Assembly: GCA_965228475.1 (NCBI GenBank)
Contig: OZ245817.1
Location: 2,208,001-2,272,000 of the forward strand
DNA: 64,000 nucleotides
Source: Myxococcota bacterium
GTDB lineage: Bacteria > Myxococcota_A > UBA9160 > JAFDDA01
Reading direction: 5' to 3'
Below the pieces are notes generated by a model that searched no databases, was not told the origin of the DNA, and worked only from the letters and a program-made list of their open reading frames with translations. The position numbers were made by a program, and so were the translations under genes. How positions within the stretch are numbered: position 1 is the first letter of the stretch; every line of letters begins with the position of its first letter. Shown here in pieces: positions 30,340-39,880 of this stretch.

Positions 30340-31299
30340 CTAGAGCCCGTCGATGAAGTTCTCGACGAGGGCGGCGGCGACCCAGGCGAGCGGCGGGAGC
30401 ACGACGTAGGCGAGCAGGCGGCTCACGAGCTCGAAGTCGAGGGGCCAGCTCGGCGTCTGGCGCACGCGCTCGAGGTGCGCCGTCAGGGCTTCGAGGCGGC
30501 CGACGTCGCTGCGGTCGGTCGCGTCGACCTGGCTGCGGAGCTCTCCGATCCGTTCCGCCTTTGCCCGCAGGATGTTCTTTCGCGCGCCCCACATCGGGAC
30601 GAGCAGCAGGCACACGAAGACCGGGAGGCCGATCACGATCGTCGGCCAGTAGTTGCCGAGCCGGAACTGTGCGTCGAGGGATTGCAGCGGGGAAAGCGCC
30701 ATGGCTCCGGCGACGGCCAGGGCGTCCGAGCTCGCGATGCGCGCGATCGGCCGCAGGCGGTCGAGGCGGTAGAGGTCGATCGCCGCCCGCTCGCCGAGCC
30801 GGGAGACGGCCCGGCTGACCGGGAGCTTCCAGACGAAGACGACGGCCAGGACCCACCACATGAGCGTGGCCGAGCCGAGAAAGACCAGATCGAACGGGTG
30901 CCAGTGCGGGGCGCCCGCCATCTGGCCGACGAAGATCGGGTTGTTGCCGAGTCCGAGCAGCGGGCCGAGCAGGAAGATCAGGAGCCATCCGCCGGGCGAG
31001 ACCCGGTTCGTGCGGGCGCGGGCCAGGGAGACGTCGTCGGGCCGGGCGATGGGCTCGATTTCATCGAGGGACTCGACGAGGACGGCCCGCTGACGGGCGA
31101 TCAGCCAGAGCCCGTAGGCCGGCAGCAGGACGAACAGCGCGGCCGTCCCGACGAGCTGCCGGGTCGAGAGCTCCGCCCGCACGACGCCGCCTTCGGTGGA
31201 CTGGCCGACGAAGAGATAGACCGCGCCGGTGACGAGCGCATAGAGGAGCGCCGGGAACGCAGGGTGCGTGCGGTCGACGAACCGGAAGTAGGCCTGCAT
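30340..31299 (-). CDS. Hypothetical multi-pass membrane protein
   Basis: About 7 hydrophobic segments; WP.D motif before the last TM helix. Confidence 0.7.
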   Translation of the reverse strand: MQAYFRFVDRTHPAFPALLYALVTGAVYLFVGQSTEGGVVRAELSTRQLVGTAALFVLLPAYGLWLIARQRAVLVESLDEIEPIARPDDVSLARARTNRVSPGGWLLIFLLGPLLGLGNNPIFVGQMAGAPHWHPFDLVFLGSATLMWWVLAVVFVWKLPVSRAVSRLGERAAIDLYRLDRLRPIARIASSDALAVAGAMALSPLQSLDAQFRLGNYWPTIVIGLPVFVCLLLVPMWGARKNILRAKAERIGELRSQVDATDRSDVGRLEALTAHLERVRQTPSWPLDFELVSRLLAYVVLPPLAWVAAALVENFIDGL

Positions 31300-31324
31300 G
31301 CGCGGCCGATCCTAGCAGTCGGGG

Positions 31325-33637
31325 TCAGCTCGCTCCGAAGAAGTTCTGCCAGAAGGCGGCGATGGCGTTCCAGATGGCCGCGAAGATCGAGCGGGCCTCT
31401 TCGACGGCGCCGGGCGGAGCGCTGGCGGTGCGCACGTCCTGACTCTCGTCTTCGACGTCCGTGAAGTCGAGGACGAGGGAGTACTCGCCGTCGGAGACCT
31501 CGTAGCGCGTGTCGAGGAAGTTCGTGGTGACGAAGGGGTTGTCGTAGCGCGGGTAGTCCGCGATCGGCTCCTCGTTGCCGTCCACCACGAGCGGCGCTTC
31601 CCAGCCGAAGCTCACGGTGCCCTGGCTCGGCGATTCGTACACCACCTCGAGCGGGCCGGTGCCGACGTCCGGGAAGGTCACGAGGCTCTCGTCGAAGGCC
31701 GCCTGGAAGGCCTCGAAGCCGCCCGGCCATTCGTCGAGGCTGCCCATCTCCACGATCCAGGTGTTGGTGGCACCGCCCTCGGCCACGAGGTCGAAGTCGA
31801 GCCCGCCGTTCTGGAAGACCTCGGGCTGGTCGCCGCGCCAGTCGACGGGGCGCCGCGAGTAGAGCGCGACGTACCCGTTGCCGCGCTTGCCGAAGGTCCA
31901 GTGGCCGTCGCGCACGACCTCGTCGAAGTGGGCGACGGGGAAGTAGGCGTGGGTCTCGTCCTCGTAGACGAAGTCGAAGGCCGCGATCGGCGGGTACTGC
32001 GGCTCGTAGATCGAGATGTTCACGTTCTCGAACTGGGCGGCGCGGGGCAGGGCGCCGTCGCCCGTCCAGCGGCCGCCCGTCGCGCCGGCGCCCGACTCGT
32101 CGCGCCGCTGCCAGTTCCAGCCGTCGTAGGGCGGCGAATCGATCTCCTCGGGGCGGTACGTGGGGTGCGTGACGAAGACCATCGCCTGCTCGTCGAGGGT
32201 CGCCTGCCAGATGTGGGTCTGGTTGCCGCGCACGCCCTTCCGGTAGTCCTGGGCCGTCGAGAGCATGTAGTCGCGCGTGCGGTAGGTGTAGGTGTTCACT
32301 TCCTTCAGCAGCGCGAAGTTCGCGGCGGGCCAGAGGCCGCGCAGGAGCAGGTAGGCGTTCTGGACGGACTGGTCGAAGTTGCCCGGGATCCAGACGGCGT
32401 TGGCGAGATCGGCGAACTGGGCGAACTGGGCGTCGAACAGGTCGTACTCGAAACCCTGCTGGAGCGTCAGCCCGACGTGGCTCCACACCGTGAGCGCGTT
32501 CGTGCCCCACCAGTACGGCAGGTACTCCTCGTCGCACCAATCCCAGCCGAGCGGCGCGCCAGGCTCGCAGGTGGCGGCCCCGACCGGCGGCTCCTCCTCG
32601 AGCGGCAGGTTCATTCGCTCGCGGTCGACCATGGGCTCGTCGTAGGTCGCGATGCGGCGGATGATCTCGGGCAGCCGGTAGCGCTGGGTCTTCGCCAGCA
32701 GGGCGACGGTCGCGTCGCCGCGGCCGCCGTAGGGAATGTCCGTGTCCTGGAAGAGGAACTGGGCGGAGCCGAAGGTGTCTTCGGTCGTCGCCGAGGCCTT
32801 GTCCTTGATGTAGGAGCGCCCGTGGGTGGCGCCGAAGGTTCCCTCGTGGAGGTGGAGGGCGATGTCCAGGAAGACGAGGTCGAGGACCATCGACGCGCGC
32901 CGCACGAGGTCCGGGTCGTCGGACCATTCGATGAAGGTGAGCAGCGGGCGGATGTCGAGGTTGTAGTAGACGTTCGAGTGCCACTCGGCGAAGCCGACGA
33001 GGGCGCGCTCGCGCAGCCAGTCGCGGATGAACTCGCGGGCGCGGTCGCGATGCCAGGCGCCGGTCTCGCCCGTGACGGTGAAGATCTGATCCGGGTAGAG
33101 CTGCCCCGTCAGATACTCGGCGACCTTGAACATCAGGACGTGGTTCTCGGTCCAGTACCACATGTCGTCGGTGACGGGCTCGCCGTCGAACATGCGCGAG
33201 GGCGTCGGGTCCGTGTACCAGTACTTGAAGTCGAAGAGCGCCTGCTCTGCGGCCGCCCAGGTCGCTTCGCTCGCCGCCGGGTGCCCCCGGAAGCCGTAGA
33301 GGAGATTGATCAGGCGGACGGCGTCGAAGTCGCTCGTGTCCCGCAGACGGAACATCTTCTCGAAGATCCCGTCCCAGGATCCGTCCGGGATCGAGCCCGC
33401 GGCGACCGAGAAGTTCGGATCGCGGTTTTCGCGTTCGAGGTGGCCGACGACGTTCCCGATCGATCCAGGGGAGAGGGGCGCCCCCGTCGCATGCACCAGC
33501 CAATCGATCTGGCGGCCCCACATCCACGAGGGCGAGGCGAAGCCGTCGGTCGAGGGCAGGCATCCGGAGCCGGTGGTGAGCGTCATGGCGGCGAGAAGGG
33601 GGAGGGCAAGCCAGGTGGAGCGGGAGAGCGTGCGCAT
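31325..33637 (-). CDS. Large lipoprotein of unknown function (possible heparinase/lyase-like fold)
   Basis: Lipobox-like GSGC; YWTENH, GFAEWHSNVYY and THGRSY motifs; Trp/Tyr-rich; strong coding bias. The fold is an inference. Confidence 0.7.
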   Translation of the reverse strand: MRTLSRSTWLALPLLAAMTLTTGSGCLPSTDGFASPSWMWGRQIDWLVHATGAPLSPGSIGNVVGHLERENRDPNFSVAAGSIPDGSWDGIFEKMFRLRDTSDFDAVRLINLLYGFRGHPAASEATWAAAEQALFDFKYWYTDPTPSRMFDGEPVTDDMWYWTENHVLMFKVAEYLTGQLYPDQIFTVTGETGAWHRDRAREFIRDWLRERALVGFAEWHSNVYYNLDIRPLLTFIEWSDDPDLVRRASMVLDLVFLDIALHLHEGTFGATHGRSYIKDKASATTEDTFGSAQFLFQDTDIPYGGRGDATVALLAKTQRYRLPEIIRRIATYDEPMVDRERMNLPLEEEPPVGAATCEPGAPLGWDWCDEEYLPYWWGTNALTVWSHVGLTLQQGFEYDLFDAQFAQFADLANAVWIPGNFDQSVQNAYLLLRGLWPAANFALLKEVNTYTYRTRDYMLSTAQDYRKGVRGNQTHIWQATLDEQAMVFVTHPTYRPEEIDSPPYDGWNWQRRDESGAGATGGRWTGDGALPRAAQFENVNISIYEPQYPPIAAFDFVYEDETHAYFPVAHFDEVVRDGHWTFGKRGNGYVALYSRRPVDWRGDQPEVFQNGGLDFDLVAEGGATNTWIVEMGSLDEWPGGFEAFQAAFDESLVTFPDVGTGPLEVVYESPSQGTVSFGWEAPLVVDGNEEPIADYPRYDNPFVTTNFLDTRYEVSDGEYSLVLDFTDVEDESQDVRTASAPPGAVEEARSIFAAIWNAIAAFWQNFFGAS

Positions 33638-33787
33638 CGGCCCAATTTAACACCGATTCAGGGGCCGGTGTGACGTGCGGCAGAGCCCGCACGGAGCCCG
33701 CAGGCAGGCGGCAACCCGCGCAGCTCGCCGGCCTTCACCGTCTTTTCGGCTGGCCTCGCGCCGGGGCTCCAGCGCGCGCAGCCGCGC

Positions 33788-35722
33788 CTACGCCTTCCGG
33801 CGAGCCCTCCGCCAGCCGAGCAGCGCCAGCGCCGGGAGCACCTCGGCGCCGAGCCCGCAGGCGGAGCCCGGGGCTTCCTGGACGTCGTTCGAGTGGGTGC
33901 AGTCGGCGTCGGGGCTCTCGGGAACCGGGCCGCCGTCCCAGTCGATGGCATCGTCCGCGTCGTTGTCGATGTCGTCGCTGCAGGCCGTATGGAAGGTCTT
34001 GATGCGGAGCTGCCAGTCGAGGAGGTCCGTGCCGTCGCCGGGGTTGAGGCCGTCGCGGAATCCGAGGGTGTAGGTCCCCTTGGCGGGGCGGCCCGCGGCG
34101 AAGATCAGATCGTCCACGAGCGCGCGACCGGACTGCGTGCCGCAGTTCGGCTGACCGGAGCCGGCCTCGTCGTCGAACCAGACGTCGTGGAACGAGGAGC
34201 GGTTATCACAGCCCGGGCGGTCGTCGAGCAGGACTTCCCAGGGATCCTTGTAGAGCGTGATCTCGAGGTTGTCGGCGTAGTTGGCCGACGTGCGCACGTA
34301 GACGTCGATGTCGCTGATTACGCCGGGCTCGTCGATGGTCGCCGAGACCTGCGTCTCGATGGCGGTGTCGACGTCGTCGGCCGGGTCGCCGTGGATCACG
34401 ATGCGCGACTCGCCAGGCTCCGTGAAGCGGACGGTGAAGGTGCAGACCTCGGGGTTCGCGGTCGCGGTGCCGGTCTCCATCGCGCCGGTCGGGCCGACCA
34501 TCGTGACGGCGGGGCGGAGCTGGCAGGCCCCGGTGGGGTCCGCGTCGCACAGGGCGGGGTTCGCGGCCTGGGCGGCGTCGATCAGGGCGCCACGATCGAA
34601 GAAGCCCGTCGGTCCGAACGCGCGCTCGTACTCGAGCTCCTGGCCGTCCGCGAGCAGGCCGTCGCAGGGCATCGGGCCGCCGACGTACCAACCGAGGCCT
34701 CCGGGCAGGAGGACGGGCGGCTCGATCGAGACGCTGCTCTCGTCCTGGATCCCGCAGCCGGAGCCGCCGATCTGCTGGGTCACGACCGGGCCGGCCGGCG
34801 TGTCGAGGGAGACGGTGCCGGACCAGCCGCCGCAGTACTCGGTCGCCGAGGGCGGGCGGACGAAGACCATGTACATCACGCCGCCGTCGCCGCCGCCCGC
34901 GCGGTTGCCGGGGATCTGGATGCTCGCTCCGAGCGGAAGGATCTCGCGCGAGCGGTAGAGGTCGTAGTTCACGTCGTTGATGTTCAGGATGCGGTTCACC
35001 ACGGTCTGGCCGGTGGCGACGTAGTCGGCCGCGAGCCAGGACGGGATCTGCGTCGCGTTCGCGTCGTAGGCGATGTAGACGTATTCGTAACGCCCGAGGT
35101 CGAAGGAGACCTCGACCGCCGCCGTCGAGGCGAAGTCGTTCGAGTCGGTGCGGATCCACTGGGCGCAGCCGAGGTCGGCCGGGAACGATTCGAGCGTATA
35201 GATGGAGGTGTTGACGTAGGGCTGCGAACCGATCGCGGGGTCGGAGACGGTGTCGAGGTCCGCGGGCTGGACGTTCTGCGTTGCGTGATTCCCGCCGAAC
35301 TCGCAGCCGTCGTAGGGGTAGAGGTCGGAGACGTCGGTGCGCGTCCACTCGCTCGAGGGAACGCCCTCGAGGGCGAGCGTGCCGGTCATGACGGTTCCCG
35401 GGATCTCGGCGGGGCGGCACGCCCGGGAGTTCCCGGGACAGTCGGGCGAGATGAGCGTCGGGCCGGCCGCGTCGAGTTCGAAACACGGGATGGCGGGCGT
35501 ATCGACGCAGACGAAGCTCGGCACCGGCTCGCCGGGCTGGTTCATCCAGTACTTCTCGAGGTCTTCTTCCGAGGGGCCGGGCGGGTTGCCGAGCCCGGGG
35601 CCCTGCGCGCCCGCGAAGGCGAGTGCGGGCGCCAGTGCGACGGCAAGCCCCACCAGGGCGGCCTTCGCGAACGGAGTGGTGAATCGGAGCGGCTTCGACG
35701 GGGCGCGTGAGATGGAGAGCAA
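33788..35722 (-). CDS. Secreted Cys-rich multidomain surface protein with proprotein-convertase-P-like domain and C-terminal CGLGAE-TM-basic tail
   Basis: TTG 6 nt after GAGGAGG; signal peptide; ISDIDVYV....Y.DNLEITL...GTYTL...D....G.LLDWQL (P-domain-like); CSDDIDNDADDAID Ca-binding-like motif; ends CGLGAEVLPALALLGWRRARRKA. Confidence 0.75.
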   Translation of the reverse strand: MLSISRAPSKPLRFTTPFAKAALVGLAVALAPALAFAGAQGPGLGNPPGPSEEDLEKYWMNQPGEPVPSFVCVDTPAIPCFELDAAGPTLISPDCPGNSRACRPAEIPGTVMTGTLALEGVPSSEWTRTDVSDLYPYDGCEFGGNHATQNVQPADLDTVSDPAIGSQPYVNTSIYTLESFPADLGCAQWIRTDSNDFASTAAVEVSFDLGRYEYVYIAYDANATQIPSWLAADYVATGQTVVNRILNINDVNYDLYRSREILPLGASIQIPGNRAGGGDGGVMYMVFVRPPSATEYCGGWSGTVSLDTPAGPVVTQQIGGSGCGIQDESSVSIEPPVLLPGGLGWYVGGPMPCDGLLADGQELEYERAFGPTGFFDRGALIDAAQAANPALCDADPTGACQLRPAVTMVGPTGAMETGTATANPEVCTFTVRFTEPGESRIVIHGDPADDVDTAIETQVSATIDEPGVISDIDVYVRTSANYADNLEITLYKDPWEVLLDDRPGCDNRSSFHDVWFDDEAGSGQPNCGTQSGRALVDDLIFAAGRPAKGTYTLGFRDGLNPGDGTDLLDWQLRIKTFHTACSDDIDNDADDAIDWDGGPVPESPDADCTHSNDVQEAPGSACGLGAEVLPALALLGWRRARRKA

Positions 35723-35823
35723 GAGAGGCCTCCTCGGCAGGGAAGAGGCGAAAATAGGGTTTTCCACCCAGCCGCTGCCAATCTTATTCGACGAGTGGCC
35801 GGTTCGACGGCGGGCGCGTGTGC

Positions 35824-38253
35824 CTAATTCGACGGAGGCGGGGGTTCTTCTGCCGCCCTCGGGCCCGCGCTCCCCGGAGGGGGCTGCCCGAGAGGCCGGA
35901 TCCAGAGCGTGAAGGGCTCGTCGCGGCCCTTGAGCGCGATTCCCTCGCGCGGCTCGAACGGCGCTGCGGCCGCACCGGCCCGCTCGCGCGTGACCTCGTC
36001 GAGGATGATCGATGCATCGAGGTCGCGCGTCTTCGCTTCGAGGCGGGCCGCGATGTTCGGGGTGTTGCCGATGACCGTCCAGATCTTGCGGTCGACGGAT
36101 TGGATGTCGCCCACGTAGGACACGCCCGTCGCGATCCCCACGCCGACGGAGAGCGTCACGTCGCCGCGCTCGCCGAAGGCTCCCGTCTCGACGGCCTCGA
36201 TCACGTCGAGGGAGGCCTCGACCGCGCAGCGCTCCTTGTCCTCGAGCTCGACCGGCGCGCCGAAGGCCGCCATCAGCCCGTCGCCCTGGAACTGGATCAC
36301 CGTGCCGCCGTGGTCGCGGATCTTGCGTGACACCGCTTCGGTGTAGGCGTTCACGACGGCGAAGATCTCGCTGGCGGCCCGGCGCTGCGACATCGCCGTG
36401 TAGCCGCGCACGTCGACGAACAGGATCGTGACGTCGCGCTCGCCGGGAGCGGTGTCGGCGCCCTTGCGGATCTCGTCCGCGATCGAGGCGGGGGCGTAGC
36501 GGGCGATCTCTTCGAAGAGCCGCCGCTGCTCGGCCTCGAGCGCGCGCTCCTCGAACTTCGAGAAGGCGAGGCCCACGCGCTCCCCGAGGCCGTCGAGCAT
36601 GGCGATCTCCGGCCGCGAGTAGAGCTCGCCCGAGAGCTTGTCGCCGAAGCAGATGAAGGCCTCGAGCTGGTCGGCGGTGTGGATCGGGAGGATCACGTTG
36701 GCGCCGAGCGAGTCGAGGGAGGCGAGGTCGCCGGCGTCGAGCAGCCCGCGGCGCTCCCAGCGGCGCGTCCGGCTGCGCTCGACCGGGCCGTCCGCATCCG
36801 CCAGCAGCGTCGCGAAGGGGCCCTCGGCGGCGAAGCCCGGCGGGGGGACGCCGCCGTGCGCGGAGACCGGAACGAAGGCCTCGCCCGCGCGCGCGTAGAC
36901 CACGCAGGTCTCGAGCGTGAGCCGCTCGCCGAGCTCCTCGCCGAGGGCGCGCAGGAGATCGCCCGGGGATTCGAAGCTTTCCGCGCGGCCGCGTAGATCG
37001 CGCAGGACGGCCTCTGCCTCGAACTGCTCGCGGAAGAAGCGGCGCTCGATCCACGGCCGAAGCCGCCGGACCGCGATCGGCATGGGCGCCGCGAGCGCGC
37101 CGGTGATCACCCAGAGCAAGGTCATGGACTGCATGCCGGTGGCCTGACTGGCCCATTCGGCGAGGGGCGGCACGCCCTGGACCAGCGCCACCAGGAAGAG
37201 GGGCGCGAGCAGCGTCGTCGCCGCGGTCGTGGTGATCAGGCGGTTGATGTCGAACAAGTTATCGCGGATGAGCGCGACGAGCATTCCCAGCGGGACGAGC
37301 GCCTGGAACGCGAGGCTCGCGGCGTACCACTGGCGCAGGTCCGGGCGCGCCGCCACGAGCGCGGAGGCCGCGAGCACGGGCAGCGTCCCGACCGCGAAGC
37401 TGTAGACCGCCCACTTCATCTGGCGCCGCCCCGGCGCGTCCGCCCGGCGCCAGTTGCGCAGCACCGCCAGGAGGATCGCGAAGATGGTGAGACCGGAGAG
37501 CGCGCCCACGGCGCTGAAGCCGTAGGCGTCGATGCTCGGTGCGCCGAAGATCCAGACGTAGAGCGCCGGCCCCATCGCGAGCAGCAGCCACGCCCAGCGC
37601 AGGAGCGGGCGGTTCGCCTGCGCGAGCCCTTCGGGGAAGAGCAGCGCCGTGCGCACCTGCAGGGCCGGGTAGAAGAATCCCGAGAGCACGACGAGCCACA
37701 GGCCGGCCGAGGTCTGCCACGGGGTCCCCGCGTACCAGCTCGAGAAGTGGAGGCTGGTCGCCAGCGCGGCCAGGGCGAAGGCGCGCACGGTGGGCGAGCC
37801 GCGGCCCTGAAGGAGCGCGAGCACCGCGGACAGGCCGAGCGCGAGGGAGAGGGGGAGCTGGGCGAGCGGGACCGGGACGCGCTGGATCTCGAGCACGGCC
37901 GGCACGCGTAGGCCGTCGCGCTTCACCTCGAAGTGGACGAGTCCGTTCGCGTCCGCGGCCGGGAAGGCGTGCGCGAGGACGTCGAGCCGCCCGGCACCGA
38001 GGAGTGCGCGCTCGCCGACGCGAAGGAGCTCGTCGCCGGGGGCGATGCGTTCGGGATGGTCGCGCGCCTCCGACCACAGGGAGCGGACGCGCGGGCCTTC
38101 CTCCGGACTCGCGGCGGCATCGAGATAGACCGGAAGCCAGGCGAGCGGCCGGTCGCTCACGTGGCGGTCGATGTGGACGATCACGGCGACGGCCCACAGG
38201 GGAACGAGCGTCACGAGGATCAGGCGATCCCAGAAGGCGAGGCGCCGGGTCAT
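35824..38253 (-). CDS. Membrane-bound class III nucleotide cyclase (PDZ-like, multi-TM, GAF-like, cyclase domain)
   Basis: ILFVDVRGYT, QFQGDGLMAAFG, GVGIATG and TVIGNTPNIAARLE motifs. Confidence 0.88.
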   Translation of the reverse strand: MTRRLAFWDRLILVTLVPLWAVAVIVHIDRHVSDRPLAWLPVYLDAAASPEEGPRVRSLWSEARDHPERIAPGDELLRVGERALLGAGRLDVLAHAFPAADANGLVHFEVKRDGLRVPAVLEIQRVPVPLAQLPLSLALGLSAVLALLQGRGSPTVRAFALAALATSLHFSSWYAGTPWQTSAGLWLVVLSGFFYPALQVRTALLFPEGLAQANRPLLRWAWLLLAMGPALYVWIFGAPSIDAYGFSAVGALSGLTIFAILLAVLRNWRRADAPGRRQMKWAVYSFAVGTLPVLAASALVAARPDLRQWYAASLAFQALVPLGMLVALIRDNLFDINRLITTTAATTLLAPLFLVALVQGVPPLAEWASQATGMQSMTLLWVITGALAAPMPIAVRRLRPWIERRFFREQFEAEAVLRDLRGRAESFESPGDLLRALGEELGERLTLETCVVYARAGEAFVPVSAHGGVPPPGFAAEGPFATLLADADGPVERSRTRRWERRGLLDAGDLASLDSLGANVILPIHTADQLEAFICFGDKLSGELYSRPEIAMLDGLGERVGLAFSKFEERALEAEQRRLFEEIARYAPASIADEIRKGADTAPGERDVTILFVDVRGYTAMSQRRAASEIFAVVNAYTEAVSRKIRDHGGTVIQFQGDGLMAAFGAPVELEDKERCAVEASLDVIEAVETGAFGERGDVTLSVGVGIATGVSYVGDIQSVDRKIWTVIGNTPNIAARLEAKTRDLDASIILDEVTRERAGAAAAPFEPREGIALKGRDEPFTLWIRPLGQPPPGSAGPRAAEEPPPPSN

Positions 38254-39842
38254 CGCGTCGGCCCCCGGCCGCGAAGGCCGTGGCGGGCCGTTCCGATGGC
38301 CACGGCGCCCCCGAGCACCCAGGGCACGAGTGCGCCGTAGCGGACGAAGGGCGTCTGTTCGGTTCGAAGCCGGGCCTCGGTGCGAAGCACCGCCGGTGCG
38401 TCGAGCGGTGCGCGTGCGACGGTCCGGCCCGAGGGCGCGATCGCGCTGGTCACGCCGTCGACCGTCGCGCGCAGGAGCCAGCGCCGGGTCTCGACGGCGC
38501 GCAGGCTGGCGTAGGTGCGCTGGAGCTCGCGGGCCGCGGGCGCCACGAGCCAGCCGTCGTTCGCGGGGTTCAGCAGGAGCTCGGCGCCCGCCCGCACGCG
38601 CCGCGCCACGTCGCCCGCGAACATGACCTCGGAACAGACGGCGATGCCGAGGTGGCCGGAGCTCGCGCGCAGGGGCACGTCCGACGTGCCGGGGACGAGC
38701 GGGTCCAGGGATTCGGGCCAGCGGCCGAAGGCGCGCGTTTCGCCCAGCGGGATCAAGCGCTGCTTGTCGCGCTCCCCGGCCCAGACGCCGCCGCGCCGGA
38801 CGAGGAAGACGCGGTTCGTCCTCCCGGTGTCCGGGGCCGTGCGCTTCGGGAGGCCGACCGCGCCGAACACGAGATCGACACCGTGCTCGCGCGAGAGGTC
38901 GGCGATCGCGCTGCGGGCGGCGAAGTCGCGCTCCACGGGGAAGGCGATCGCCTGCTCGGGCCAGACGACGAGGGGGACGCGCCCGGAGGCCGGCGGGTCC
39001 GCGCGCTGTCCGGGGGGCACGGGCGTCCGCGCGATCCCCGCTTCTTCGAGCGCGCTGCGGGTGGACGCGAGGTAGGTGTCGAGGCGCCGGGCCTGCGTTG
39101 CCGGGTCGAAGCGCTCGTCGCGCGGGGTCGCGCCCTGGACGAGCCAGACCGGGACGGGCTCGCCTCGCAGGTCTTCGTCACGCTCGGTGAGGGCGGCGAT
39201 GACGAGAAGGCCGACGAGCCCGGCGAGTAGAACCCGCTCCCAGGGGTGGCTTCGGATCCGGGCCGAGAACGGTTCGGCGAGGAAGCCGCCGACGATCGCC
39301 ATGACGGTGCTCAACCCGGCAGCCCCCCAGAAGGCCGCCGACTGCACGAGGGCGGGCGCCGGAACCTGCGTGGCCGAGAGTCCGAGCACCGGGTTGGCCA
39401 GGGGGCCGATGCCCCGCACGAACTCCGCGAGGCCGAAGCCCAACCCGAGCAGCAGCGGCGAGACCGGCGCTCTACGCGCGAGCCACGCGGCCCACGCCCC
39501 GAAGGCGACGACGCACCAGCCGCCGGCCACCACGAACGAAGCGAAGGTCGCCGGCACGCTCCACGCTGCCGGGATGTGGAAGAAGTTCACCAGCGACTGG
39601 GGCAGCCACGGCAGTGACAGGGCTCCCACGCTGAGCGCGAAGCCGATCCCGCACAGCGCCCCTGCGCGGATCGATCCGCCCGCGACGGCCCAGATGAGAA
39701 GCGGCGTCGTGAGCCAACCCGCGGGCCAGAAAGAAAAGGGCGGCAGCGCGATCGCGGTACCCGCGCCGCTCAGCAACACCGCGACGGTTCGGCAGGCGAT
39801 GCCCTTCGACCCGCGGTCGGACTGGGAACGGGCTGCGGGCAT
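38250..39842 (-). CDS. lnt: Apolipoprotein N-acyltransferase
   Basis: N-terminal TM helices; VQG, VWPE, K.RLIPLGE, VCSE, NDGW, RAVETRR and G.T.AI.P.G motifs. Confidence 0.8.
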   Translation of the reverse strand: MPAARSQSDRGSKGIACRTVAVLLSGAGTAIALPPFSFWPAGWLTTPLLIWAVAGGSIRAGALCGIGFALSVGALSLPWLPQSLVNFFHIPAAWSVPATFASFVVAGGWCVVAFGAWAAWLARRAPVSPLLLGLGFGLAEFVRGIGPLANPVLGLSATQVPAPALVQSAAFWGAAGLSTVMAIVGGFLAEPFSARIRSHPWERVLLAGLVGLLVIAALTERDEDLRGEPVPVWLVQGATPRDERFDPATQARRLDTYLASTRSALEEAGIARTPVPPGQRADPPASGRVPLVVWPEQAIAFPVERDFAARSAIADLSREHGVDLVFGAVGLPKRTAPDTGRTNRVFLVRRGGVWAGERDKQRLIPLGETRAFGRWPESLDPLVPGTSDVPLRASSGHLGIAVCSEVMFAGDVARRVRAGAELLLNPANDGWLVAPAARELQRTYASLRAVETRRWLLRATVDGVTSAIAPSGRTVARAPLDAPAVLRTEARLRTEQTPFVRYGALVPWVLGGAVAIGTARHGLRGRGPTR

Positions 39843-39880
39843 GGCGGAAAGCTAGCCGTCCAGGGGTGGTGCGGCCGCGG

